Of a stretch of 52,036 bases of DNA, positions 33,990 through 46,830 are shown in pieces. Below the pieces are notes generated by a model. It did no database searches and was not told the origin of the DNA. It saw only the letters and a list, made by a program, of their open reading frames with translations. The position numbers were made by a program, and so were the translations under genes. Each line of letters opens with the position of its first letter. Within the stretch, counting starts at the first letter, position 1. This DNA is from Octopus bimaculoides (taxonomy: Eukaryota): assembly GCF_001194135.2 (NCBI RefSeq), contig NC_068991.1, positions 35,571,511 through 35,623,546 of the forward strand, given 5' to 3'.

Positions 33990-36900
33990 AAATAAATATG
34001 ATCCAGCAGCAGCTGCGTACCGGCCCGTTATCTGAATTTAAATACTTCACTGCTGTCTTGTAGCTAGCCTTTGGTTGGGCAAAGACTGGGAGAAGGACAC
34101 TCTGATATAAAACCTGCAACTGCAAATGCACCCAATGATGTTGACTTGTTATTCTTTTTGGATCATGCTTTGTAGTTAGAGAGTGGGAATGGTTGCTGTT
34201 CAAAACTTTTCCTCACTTTAAAAAGTGTCAAGCACAGGTATTGCTGGAAAGGAAAAAGAAATAGACATCTTGTATGTACATGGCTGGCCGAAGCTTAAAA
34301 AGCACATCAAAACAATGAAAGTTCATATTGATAATGGAGTAAATGGCAAAAAAGGCTCTGGAACATTTTGTTCTGTGGTCTGGCCCAGCAGGTGTCTCAG
34401 GGCACCACAGCCTGGATCCGGTCGTCATCCTGCAACTGTGCGTTAATTCAAGTTAAGATGCAAGCCTATGAATATAGGATGTTGGAATGTTCGAACGTTA
34501 TTAGACAATGATTGTCTGAAATCTCGCCCAGAGAGAAGATCCGCGCTTGTTGCAAAAGAGTTGTAGCGATATGATATGGATGTTGTAGCGTTAACCGAAA
34601 CAAGAATTCATGGAAAGGGGAATTTCTTAGAGAAATCTGCTGGATATCATTTCTTTTGGAGCGGTAGAGAGGAGACCTATAAGAGAGAATCAGGAGTGGG
34701 ATTTGCTATCAAAACCACTCTGGCTTCAAAACATGAGGAACTACCATGTGGTCATTCGGATCGTTTAATGTCTTTAAGACTGCCGTTAAGAAAAGGTCAC
34801 TATGCAACACTCCAACTGTATATGCTCCAATTATGTGTATATGCTCCAACTATGAATTCATCAGAGGATGATAAACTTGCCTTCTATCTATCATTTACAG
34901 AGATTATACTCAATACCCGCCATGATGACAAAGCTATCATTTTGGGTGATTTTAATGCTTGCGTTGGTGCAGATTGGGAGACTTGGGGTGTCTTAGGAAA
35001 GCATGGGGTTGGGAGTTCCAACAGTAATGGTTCGCTACTGTTACAAATGTGCGTAGAGATGGATTTATGTGTCATGAATACAATGTTTCAACTAAAGAAT
35101 AAGTATAAAACGACATGGATGCACCCTGGTTCTAAGAAATGGCATCTTATAGATTACATCTTCACCAGGAAACGAGATACTAGGGACTTTGCTATTGTAC
35201 GAGTGATGCGTGGTGTAGAGTGCTGGACTGATCACAGGCTTTTGCGTGCCAAGGTGAATTTTGTCGTCAAGCCTAAGGTTAAAGTAAATAATGACAAATT
35301 ACCTAAACGAATTGATGTCAATAAACGTAAGATTCCGTCAGTACGGAGTGAGTTTGTGAGTGAGATAAATAATTTATCCTGTGATGGAATCTGGAAATCA
35401 TTCAAAGAAAGAGTGTACGAGATTTGTAGTAACATTCTTGGCTTTGTTGTAAAAAAAAACACCAAGATTAGTTTGTCGATAATGATGAAGTTAGGCGGCG
35501 AGCTGGCAGAAACGTTAGCACGCCGGGCGAAATGCTTACAGGTATTTCGTCTGCTGATACGTTCTGAGTTCAAATTCCGCCGAGGTCGACTTTGCCTTTC
35601 ATCCTTTCGGGGTCGATAAATTAAGTACCAGTTANNNNNNNNNNAATTCCGCCGAGGTCGACTTTGCCTTTCATCCTTTCGGGGTCGATAAATTAAGTAC
35701 CAGTTACGCACTGGGGTCGATGCAATCGACTTAATCCCTTTGTCTGTCCTTGTTTGTCCCCTCTATGTTTAACCCTTTGTGGGCAATGAAGAAATTGATA
35801 ATGATGAAGTTAATCTTATCTTAGAGGAGAAGCGAAAAGCATTTAACATGTTGCAAAATGTTGACGTATCAGCGAACAGGACAGTGGCTACATATTTCAA
35901 GGCTGTAAAAGCAACAGTTGCAGAGGAAGCTATGGATGATGCAGGAAAATTGGTGGAGTGATAGATGCAATGAAATCCAAGAAGCTTCAAATACTAACAA
36001 TTCCAAACTTTTTACTCCCCCTTGAAAAAGTTTATGGACCAGTTTCATCAAAGGCTGCGCCACTTAGAAGCAAGGATGGCACAGAATTATTAACAAATCC
36101 TAAAGATATTGTTGGGAGATGGAAAGAACATTTTGATGAGTTGTTCAGTAGACCCACTGAAGTTGATCTCTCTTTTCTTGATAATATACCCGAGAGACCA
36201 ATAAAACATCTTATAGCAGAAGCTCCAAACATGGCTGAAATAAAAGCAGCAATCAGGAAATTGAACAATGGAAAGGCACCTGGTATAGATGGACTAGGTG
36301 CAGAGATATATAAATATGGTGGTGATCATGTTTGTGTAGTATTGACGGATGTGATTCAGAGGGTTTGGCAAAATGAAGAGGTTCCTCCGGATTGGCGTGA
36401 TGCAACTATGGAGATACTATATAAATCTAAAGGTGGAAGGGATGTCTGTGATAATTATCGCGGTATCTGTCTGTTATCTGTTGCTGGAGAGGTCCTCTGT
36501 TGGGTAATGCTGGATAGATTACTTCTGCACATTACTGATGAGGTTCTACCAGAATCGCAATGTGGATATCATATTTTCAGCTAGACAGTTGCAAGGGAAG
36601 TGCATCTAACAGGATATGGACTTATACCAGGTTTTCATTGACCTAACAAAAGCGTTTGATTCTATCAATAGAATTGCACTTTGGGAGATCCTAAAAAAGC
36701 TAGGATGCCCTGAAAATTTGTGAGAATGCTTAGACAATTTCATAACAAGATGGAAGTGAGAGTTAATGCTGGAGGTACCTTATCAGATCCAATTTCTGTA
36801 GAAAATGGTGTAAAGCAAGGTGATATTCCTGCTCCTACACTGTTTGCTATATATTTCGCAACAGTCTTTCAAATAGCTTTTAAGGATTGCCCTGAAGAGG

Positions 36901-38174
36901 TCTATATAAGATATAGGACAACAGGAAAACTGTTCAATCTCAAAAGACTCTGTGCCAAAACGAATGTTCTGCGTTCTCACCTTGTTGAGTTTCTGTATGC
37001 AGATGATCGTGACCTATTGGCACATTCTCAGAAAGATATGCAGCAAATGGTGAATGCGATTTCTGCAGCATGTGCAGCATTGGGTCTAACAATCAATCTA
37101 AAAAAAAAACTTATAATGTACCAGCCCGCTCCCTCCAAGATGTATGTGGAACCTTTTATAACTGTGAATAGTCAAAGGTTGGAGACTGTACCTAGATTTA
37201 TTTATTTAGGAAGTACCNNNNNNNNNNNNNNNNNNNNNNNNNNNNNNNNNNNNNNNNNNNNNNNNNNNNNNNNNNNNNNNNNNNNNNNNNNNNNNNNNNN
37301 NNNNNNNNNNNNNNNNNNNNNNNNNNNNNNNNNNNNNNNNNNNNNNNNNNNNNNNNNNNNNNNNNNNNNNNNNNNNNNNNNNNNNNNNNNNNNNNNNNNN
37401 NNNNNNNNNNNNNNNNNNNNNNNNNNNNNNNNNNNNNNNNNNNNNNNNNNNNNNNNNNNNNNNNNNNNNNNNNNNNNNNNNNNNNNNNNNNNNNNNNNNN
37501 NNNNNNNNNNNNNNNNNNNNNNNNNNNNNNNNNNNNNNNNNNNNNNNNNNNNNNNNNNNNNNNNNNNNNNNNNNNNNNNNNNNNNNNNNNNNNNNNNNNN
37601 NNNNNNNNNNNNNNNNNNNNNNNNNNNNNNNNNNNNNNNNNNNNNNNNNNNNNNNNNNNNNNNNNNNNNNNNNNNNNNNNNNNNNNNNNNNNNNNNNNNN
37701 NNNNNNNNNNNNNNNNNNNNNNNNNNNNNNNNNNNNNNNNNNNNNNNNNNNNNNNNNNNNNNNNNNNNNNNNNNNNNNNNNNNNNNNNNNNNNNNNNNNN
37801 NNNNNNNNNNNNNNNNNNNNNNNNNNNNNNNNNNNNNNNNNNNNNNNNNNNNNNNNNNNNNNNNNNNNNNNNNNNNNNNNNNNNNNNNNNNNNNNNNNNN
37901 NNNNNNNNNNNNNNNNNNNNNNNNNNNNNNNNNNNNNNNNNNNNNNNNNNNNNNNNNNNNNNNNNNNNNNNNNNNNNNNNNNNNNNNNNNNNNNNNNNNN
38001 NNNNNNNNNNNNNNNNNNNNNNNNNNNNNNNNNNNNNNNATTGACCCATGATAAACAATGATGTGGCTATTAAAATTCATAACAGAACATGTGTAAAATG
38101 TGGAAGGGTGTGCCTCTCAGCTGGAGGTCTAAAGAGACATGTTAAGAGAGTGCATATGGTGGCACCTGTTGCTC

Positions 38175-38210
<36 letters not shown>

Positions 38211-38360
38211 ACAGTTGTCTAGTATGTAATAAAATGTGTAAAAGCTTGGCCGGGCTCAAAAGTCATATTAAAGGCATCACATGGCAACAATCATGAATCA
38301 TTTCAGTAAGTCTTCTTGGTAATGGCTTATCTCGTGTAACGAGGATGCAGCTGTGATATA
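33990..38360 (+). mobile_element. Near full-length RTE-clade LINE (APE, RT, C-terminal C2H2 fingers), inactive
   Basis: IGCWNVRTLLD, VVALTETR, IILGDFNA, WHLIDYI, TDHRLL (APE); GKAPGIDG, NYRGICLLS, DLTKAFDS, GVKQGDIPAP, LYADDRDL (RT); CVKCGRVCLSAGGLKRHVKRVH. The 5' boundary is approximate. Confidence 0.92.
35494..35796 (+). mobile_element. SINE family 1, young copy inserted in the RTE ORF
   Basis: Perfect 16 bp TSD GATAATGATGAAGTTA at 35478-35493 and 35797-35812. Confidence 0.92.
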
Positions 38361-38390
38361 TGTATATAAGTGTATGCATGCTCGTGTGTG

Positions 38391-38470
<80 letters not shown>

Positions 38471-38685
38471 ATGTGCATTCGCGCGCGCGCGCGTTTGTGC
38501 GTGTATAGATAAAACTGCTAAGCATAAAAGCAACAAAGAACTAAGGATGATAAATATGGTATTAGTTTAACATTTGATAAATATCTGAAATGAGTGTGAA
38601 GTATCTTGATGTTTCCGACATTTGTCTTTCTTCACAAAACTGAGAACAACTGGAAGAAAGAAAGAAAGAGAGGGAGAAAGAGAGG

Positions 38686-38719
<34 letters not shown>

Positions 38720-39309
38720 TAGAGAGAGAGAGAGAGAAAGAATTTATGGGGAAGGACGTATGAAGAAAGTGAAGGTCTAAAAACCAGGTGAGATGTGTTT
38801 TATGGGTGTCAATAAGGAAAGATGAGGCATGTGTTTGAATGTTTGTGTGCCTAGTCGCGTGTATAAGAAGGATGTCGGTGTGTACATCGGTGGAGTGCAT
38901 GTTTATGTATATATGTGTCTATGTGTAAATTTGATGGCGTTGGTTAGAGGGGCTGTCAGAGCAATGACAGTATGTGTGTGTAGTTGGTGGATAATATAAA
39001 AATGTTTGTGTGAGGCTACGTTTGAATGCTTGTATGTGTTTGAGACTAAAGGTTTCGAGAAAGTAGTATAGGTTGTTAGGATGAGAAGAACTGTATGCAA
39101 TGTGAATGGCGCTATATGTATGCATCTATCTGTGTAATCCAAAGGCATGACATGATGAAAAAGTATATTTTGTGGGTATGCAAGAAAGATAGTGAAACAG
39201 AGAAAACAAACGTTATTTGGAGTTAGGAACGTGAGAAGTATCGGTAGAGCACGAACTGATGAAATAAGATACAGAATATTAAAAAAAAAACAATATGGGG
39301 CAACTGCCT

Positions 39310-39428
39310 TGTACTTATTCTATCGACTCCGAAAGGATGTTTTCGAGGTAAAGTCGACTTCGGCGAAATTTCCACTTGGAACTTAAAGACGTACGAAATA
39401 CCGCTAAGCACTTTGCCCGGTGTGCCAG
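39310..39428 (-). mobile_element. SINE family 1 fragment
   Basis: Reverse complement of the CTGGCAC..CCGGGCAAAGTGCTTAGCGGTATTTCG...GTCGATAGAATAAGTAC block. Confidence 0.7.
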
Positions 39429-39902
39429 GTCGTCGCCTTAGGGCGTTTGATAATATCAACATACTTAACAGCTACATATAATATGGTTATCCATTATCGT
39501 TAGACAGCATGTGGGTTACGTTGTAATTACCATCAAGTAATATTCTTTTATATAAAAATAGTTTTATCGTCACTACTAAGACCATGTATGTATAAATTAG
39601 TATACATGTACATATTTTCGGATTATTCTCACTCATACATTTGTTCTTCCACCATATTATATTAATTCATTCACAATAGGTGCAATGAAGTCAACATTAT
39701 TTAATTCCACTCTTACTATAATTTCAGTAAAACACACCCATTCTTTGACTATTCATCTAAGCACAACCCGCCTGAGATGCATTTCTTGGTCTGAGATGCA
39801 TTCCTTGCCTGATCACTTAATAAATCCAATGGCTAAATAACCATATTTCCTCTTACTGTCTTCTCAGTACTATACTTCCGGGAGACGTTGATTTGCTCAG
39901 GT

Positions 39903-39953
<51 letters not shown>

Positions 39954-41552
39954 TTGAAAGATTATTGTATTTTTATCTCATGCATTTATTGTCAACTTTT
40001 TTCTCACGGCTCACTGGATCGTACCTATTAATATTCAGCACTTAATTATGACAAAGACAAGCCGTACTTTGGAATTATTCTTCGCATTATGGTCCCTTTA
40101 TATAATATTTTAAAAAGTAAAGACGTAATTTTGTAGGCTCCGTAGATTCTAAAGTTTACTGGGCTCAATTTTTACCTTTTTCTGCATCTTCTCTATTTCC
40201 CAATACATTCTTCATTTCTTCAAAAATATTCTTCTTATACATCCTCTTACAGGTAACATTTATTCCTTGATCTATTGGTTGAATAAGTGAAGATGTAAAA
40301 ATGATATTTTTAAAAATTTTGCCATCAATACTAACATCTCAGCATTAAATAAAGCAGTGACATTGTCAAGATGCAACAATAGCTTTCAATTAAGGGAGGA
40401 CATTTTTAGAACATCTGTCCCAAATCTTCTCACATCAAGAAGTGGTTGACGAGCCAGCCAGAAAAGCCCCCTGAAGTCAATCATTCATTCTTTGACTTGG
40501 TGAATATTTCAGCTAATCGATTCGTAATATTTTTGAGATAGTTATTTCGAGTTCCCTATAACCATGAATTTCTTGTGATACAAACATTTACAAACAATGA
40601 GGCAGAAATTCACTCTTTATTTAATTTTCCACCAGGAGTTCTATGTTCGTGTTTTTAACCCAATATATTTTCGGGAATAACAACATAGAACAAACCAGTT
40701 TCATCAACTTTGTAAGCATACGATAAACTACAGCCTCCAGACTTAATAAGTTTAGTTAAAAAATTTTCTAAAAAGCTCAACTTGTGAAGTGCCTACAATT
40801 AAAGATTCATCACAGGTTCTCTCGTTCACATGCCATACCTTTTTTTCTAAAATGACACACCTATCACTTATTGTAACATGACGTTCCAATTTATATATCA
40901 GAATATCCTGGTGAAATTTCTTTTCTATTCGATGGAGGGTTGTTAAAATTCTTTCCTTTCTTAACGGCATAAAACTTCTACTGTTTGTTTATGCATACAC
41001 TAAACAAGCCGGCTATATTCAGCATTAATTTTGTTACTAAATTATTTTTTCTACTTTAGCATAAGACCAGATATTTAAAGGGGTGTCCTATAATCGATTG
41101 AATCAACATCACTATATTGAGTTTCGATTCATTTATATAATGAATACACCTGACATATATCTGAATGCCACGCATTCACATTTCTAACTTTTCCTAGCGA
41201 TGTTAGCGACTAGAAAACGAAAGTGTGTTTTCAGGAAAATAGTGACAAGTAAATGTGTGACATTTACTTTCATATCCTCACACACCTAAAGACTATAATG
41301 CGAGGAGTGGAGAACGTTTTGATGCCCATAGCTTTACCAAAGGTATTTGTGATATAAATGAAGAGAAACGGTTTCAATTTAAAAGCGAAACCGAATCACG
41401 AGCTAAATTCTTTTATATCTACAATGCTCACCTTAATAATATTTCATACATAGTTATAAGGTAGTATGATGTTAAAATACGAAAATGGGTCGTGATGGTG
41501 TCTTTGCATTTCCAAAGGTGTTAATGGTATGAATAAATTGAAATGTTTTCAG

Positions 41553-41761
41553 GCGATAAACGAAATATGATCACTGATACGACTCGATTTGAAGGAGAAA
41601 AATGTAGAACAACACGTATAAAAAAAGAACTGAGGTCACACAATATTGATCATGAACTGTCTGAGTTACGTATTCAGGCGGAAATAAAAAATATCGACCT
41701 GATACGAAAACTTCTTCGGATAAATATTGCCAAATATTGCTCTGACATATCCATAGAGTGA
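41553..41761 (+). CDS. Candidate orphan exon/ORF (GDKRNMITDTTRF...LRIQAEIKNIDLIRKLL...IE*)
   Basis: TGTTTTCAG acceptor and a non-repetitive, helical-looking 69-codon frame. No homology recognised and no phase-compatible partner exon found. Confidence 0.2.
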
Positions 41762-42674
41762 TGAAAATTACATTATATTGGCTGGTGACGAAATATAGTC
41801 GCAATACTTTTTTTTTTTTTTTAGAAAGTAAAATCTCATGGAGTAGATGAAAGGAAATACCAACAAAATAAGTAAAATAAAATTATAAACTAACGAACAG
41901 AAAAATAGTATACAGATATAAAATGAAATAAAGAAAATGACAGTAGTTTTACGAGTAGCTTCAAATTTCTGGGTGTATAAATAATTTATTTTATGAGTGC
42001 TTTAAGAAATGCCCCTTTACTATGCCCTCAGTATTTCCTGTTTCACTTCTCTCGCCTCTAAATCTTCCTTAAATCACACCCTACCATATTGTAGGAGCTG
42101 CAGTAGTGTGTAAAAGCAATCACCTAGTAGAAATAGGTATTTTTTCTTCAGTTCTTGGGGAAGTGCAAGGAATCTGGAGTTGTGGGATTTGGTTGTGTGA
42201 GGAATAGGAAACAACATACCTAAGAGGAAAACACCGGTCACCTCCTTAGCTGTTGTGCACAAATAAGGGAGTGAGATAAATGCACTGCCTGGGATAGTTA
42301 GCATAAAACTGATGGAACTCACGCAGTTAGCTTCCGTGAAGTACTACTAGTGTTCATTTCGTCAACAATTGCAACAGGAAAATAAACTGGAAGTATGGCA
42401 TATGAATCGTTCTTAACGGTGTTCAGTAAGTGAAATGTTATAGTTATAAGCTTAAGCTGAAACAACAGTGCTCACTAGTTTTGCTAAGTATACTGTAGGA
42501 TTTAAACCAGCTCCTACCGCGTGTCATCGAAATTCGATCGGCATGGCTACATTAAAGTACTTCCAATTAGTCCGGTGCTACAAGTGTTTCTGTGGGGTTG
42601 TTTTTTGCTGTAGAACTTATCCCATCCTGTCACCTGCACCTCTCTCTCTCTCTGTCTCTCTCTGTCTCTCTCTG

Positions 42675-42760
<86 letters not shown>

Positions 42761-43734
42761 GCTCGAAAGAATATTGATAATGCTAAAGAATTGATCTTCG
42801 TACCACTTTTGGAAACAACCGATATTATAAAAAAGTGAACCAAATACGTATAGCAAGGACTGGTCAATCGTTTTATTAAGGCATAGCCGAACACCAATTA
42901 ATAGATCCTATCCATAAAATAAAGGCACAGCTGAACGCCAGTTAATAGATACTGTCCGTAAAATAAAGGCACAGGTCAAATCAATAAAAAGACACTGTCC
43001 AAGCTGCATTTTGTAAGTACTTCGATAATTTTAGTTGCCTTACAAAGTTTCAGGAGAATATGACCAGGAGTATTGAAAAAAAAAAAAGAAAAGTAAAGAA
43101 AAGACAACAACAAAATCCTCTGATGTGTTAAGAACTCAAATCTATATTGGTTGATGCAGTTTCATTTCCCTCACAAGGCCTGACAGTCACAATTTCCTCT
43201 TTCTTTAAAATATAGGTAAAATGCTTAAGTAAAATGGACCCATGTAATGGCTGATTAGATTGGTCTCTGATATTCTGGCTAAAATGTTGACAGTTTGAGA
43301 GTTATTACTGTTACAGAACTGAGTGGCTGGTGGAAAACATTTAAAATTCTAGAAGCCTCTATGCAGTTTCACGAACTAGGAAAATTGGCAGCCAAATCTT
43401 CCAAAATGCAAACTCTACAGCCCAAGTCTGGAGAGCTTTTGATTATATTTCGGCAATAACTGAGCACTAACTACCACACATATATATTGCTTAAATCTGT
43501 AAGCAGCGTGAGAACTGCAAAACCGCTGGGAATTCCATTAGCTTGAAATGTCATCTTTAATTCCTACCATTACCCAAAATTATGTCCAAAAACTATTCCA
43601 GTAATCGACTCAAATGCCAGAATTTCGATCACTACGTGACACTTTCACCGATATGAAGAGGTAGAAATATACATGAATACATACATACATACATATATGC
43701 ATGCATGCATACATAGACACATACATATATATGT

Positions 43735-43922
43735 AGGCACAGGCGTGGCTGTGTGGTAAGAAGCTTGCTTCTCAACCACATGATCCCTGGTTCAGTCCCA
43801 CTATGTGGCACCTTGGGCAACTGTCTTCTACTATAGCTTCGTGCCGATCAAAAGCTTTGTGAGTGGATTCGGTAGATGGAAACTGAAAGAAGCCCGTCGC
43901 ATATATGTATACACACACACAC

Positions 43923-44002
<80 letters not shown>

Positions 44003-44226
44003 CTTCGTCCCACTACCACGGCTTGACAACCGCTGTTGGTGTGTTTACATCCCCGTAACTTAGTGGTTCGGCAAAAGAGACCGATGGAAATAAGTTCTCG
44101 GCTTAAAAATATAAGTCCTTGAGTCGATTTGTTCGACTAAAACCCTTCAAAATCCTACCGCTTCAAAAACGCTTCAAAGCGGTGTCCTACAGTCAAACGA
44201 CTGAAACAAGTAAAAGATAAAAGATA
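43735..44226 (+). mobile_element. SINE family 2, full length with internal (CA)n
   Basis: tRNA-like head GGCGTGGCTGTGTGGTAAG...GGTTCAGTCC; tail ACTGAAACAAGTAAAAGATAAAAGATA. Confidence 0.88.
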
Positions 44227-44227
44227 C

Positions 44228-45748
44228 ATACACCTTCGGTACCAGACGCCCTGCCTCGGTCTACGCTAGATCCAGTCCTGTAAAAGGACGAGCTGAGGAA
44301 AATCCTGTCTGACAAACGGTGACCATACATGCTTACAGTGACGGAAGCGCTGGAGATGTCGTATCCTCAGCGCATGTCTACGCATCAGCAGCCTCGGTAT
44401 GCCCAACTTTCCATTCAGCGGGTGTCGACAGCAAAAGGAGTGCTTGACTAGTGGAATGACGGTCAAGCGGTAATATATAACGGAACCGATTTAAGCATTC
44501 GCCATCTCAGCCCAATCTTTCAGGGATAGCTTTCCCACGACCCATTTATGGGTGAGACTGGTCACTCAGCTCGTCACCTTGTCTCTTCCGCCAGAAAATC
44601 TGGACCAAACCAGACCCAGAGCAATTTAACCAGTTTCTCCGTCCAGCAACCCACGACGTAATTAGACAGCATGGACCAGCTTCTCCAGCTGTTGATCTGC
44701 AGGTCCACTGACATTTTTTGGTTAATTTTTGGTTAATTATTGCTCCTGTTACCTCCACGTATTCTTTTGGAGTAGTGCCAACCATGTCTATGTGCTTGGT
44801 GTTCGAGACTATGATGGTGACGCCGTCTGCGTCTCTCACGGTTCTCTCACGACCTCGTTCACGCGGGATGCCTCTCAACGCCTCCAGTTTCAACGGTAGT
44901 GGCTCTAGAGCCAGTACATACAGAAGAGACGTGAGTGGACACTCCTGGCGGACCAAACACATAATGCTGAATGGTTCCGATAGGTAAGCGTTCGTCCGAA
45001 CTACTGAGCAGATGTCGCTGTAAATTGAAGCTAACCAGCCGCGGAAAACGGGACCAAAATCAACAGCCATGAGAACAGCCGCTAAGTATTGGTGGTCAAC
45101 TCTAGCGAAGGCTTTAGGTCGATCCAAACTGATCAGGGCCCCACCTATGCCAGATTCTTTACCCACCCTGTTTATGATGTTTCACATGAAATGGAGGTTG
45201 TCGTGGACTGATGTACTTGGAATGGCGCATGTTTGCGCATCACCAATCAGCTTCTCGACGACAAGCGCCAACCTCTTTGCGAACACCTTGTCCAAAATTT
45301 TTAAATCTGCATTCTGCAGCGTTATAGCTCCCAAATTTTCTGTTTGATACCCCTTGATCAAGTCCTTTTTCAGCTGTGTCTCCGCTCTTCAACTTATGGA
45401 AGCTGTCGGCTGGGGTAGATAAAAGGCCGCAAAACAAATCTGGCGTATAAAAGTAAAGCTTGTAGAGAAGACCATCCAAACTAGGTGATTTGCCCTCCAT
45501 GCAGCTCATCGTCGCATCCCGTATTTCCGAGGCTGTTATCGGCATTTCTCAACGCCCCAACCCCCTTGCCGAGAGTCGTGGCATGCCGTCGAGGTACTGA
45601 AGTCTATCCTGCGTTCCGGACTGTCATTCGTCCCAAGCAGCTCGGCGAAGAGCTGTTGAAATGCCGCGCAATCTGCTCTTGCTCAAGTATCGTGCATCCA
45701 TCTTGATCCACCAAAGACCGAATTGTGGATTTATTTCCACATTGTGTC
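44228..45748 (-). mobile_element. L1/Tx1-clade LINE ORF2 RT fragment (degenerate)
   Basis: GKSPSLDGL, ISLDRPKAFARVDHQYL, VRQECPLTSLLYVLALEPL, GKLGIPRLLMRRHALR. Confidence 0.85.
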
Positions 45749-46830
45749 TCTTCTATTGGTGGTTTTACTCGAAGGAGATATTTGCGAAGTGTTGTATTAC
45801 TCTTGAAGATTTCCAAGTACTGTTAGATCACGTGAACTCAATAAAGCCATCCATACAGTTCACAATGGAAAAGGAAAAAGACAATCAGCTAGCATTCCTG
45901 GACGTATTAATAACACGCACCAAGTATAAATCCAGGACATCCGTATACTGCAAGCCAACCTTCACTGGACGATACCTCAACTTCAATTTTCACCATCCAT
46001 ACAGTGTAAAGAGATGGATTACTCAGTGCCTAAAACATCGAGCAAAGAATTTAAGTAGCGATCCTGATACACCCCACGAAGAAATGATCAAGCTAAGTAA
46101 CAACCTATTAAACAACAACTACCCCAAAAACATACTATCCACTCCAATTATGAAGAAAAGAGAGGATGAAACTCATAAACTGACCACAGTCTGTCTACCC
46201 TATGTGAAAGGCCTCTCCGAAAAGTTACAAAAGATATGCGGCCCATATGACATCACGAGAATATTCAAGCGTAATATCTCCTTCGAGTAAAACCACCAAT
46301 AGAAGACAATATGACCAAAGACTGTGTGTACTCCACCCCATGCAGCTGTGATAGGTTATACAAAGGCGAAAAATGCCGCTTCCTCAAAATAAGTGTAGAC
46401 GAACATCGCAAAGCTGTGACACGAGGAGATATTGATAAATCGAGTATAGATGATCATGTATGGAAAAACGGAGACCCTTCCTGTGGGATGAAGTTAAAAT
46501 AATAGACAGAGAACACCACTGGAAAATGCAAACACTAAAAGAAGCAGCACATATGCTAGGACATAATAACCTCCTAAGCAAACCAAGTGCAGATAGGAGT
46601 AGCTACTAACCCCAAGATTCCGAGTTCGATTCCAGGCAGTGACCTGAATAATAATAATAGTAATAATAACATCGAAAAATACTTTAGGAATGAGAACCCA
46701 AGTTCGAAATTTCCCCAAGACACCTGATGAAAGTTGGAGAGTATATCAGTCGAAACGTTGTGTTAACAACAAACAAGATGAGGACAAATATTCGTCAAAT
46801 GTAAATAATGTATTTTGCTTTCAGTTTGTT
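45749..46830 (+). mobile_element. 5'-truncated Penelope-like element: RT thumb, GIY-YIG endonuclease and pseudo-LTR, with a 5' inverted segment
   Basis: FLDVLITR...VYCKPTFTGRYLNF...HHP; CVYSTPCSCDRLYKGE...EHRK (GIY-YIG); hammerhead in the 3' terminus. Confidence 0.9.
46719..46764 (+). ncRNA. Minimal type I hammerhead ribozyme motif in the PLE pseudo-LTR
   Basis: gacac-CTGATGA(46724-46730)-a-agttg..cagtc-GAAAC-GTT-gtgtt. AACGTT palindrome; stem II weakened. Confidence 0.7.

Noticed and set aside
33990-34200. HDV-like ribozyme at the RTE 5' end (known for some RTE elements)
   Set aside because: Only a CAGCAG/CTGCTG helix is visible; the nested double pseudoknot could not be assigned by eye. 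An RNArobo search would be decisive.
35574-35704. About 60 bp direct repeat inside the SINE
   Set aside because: The identical copies sit on either side of a short N gap, so this is most likely a contig-overlap assembly artefact.
42074-42322. 82 aa minus-strand ORF
   Set aside because: No recognisable motif and no consistent splice or phase pattern.
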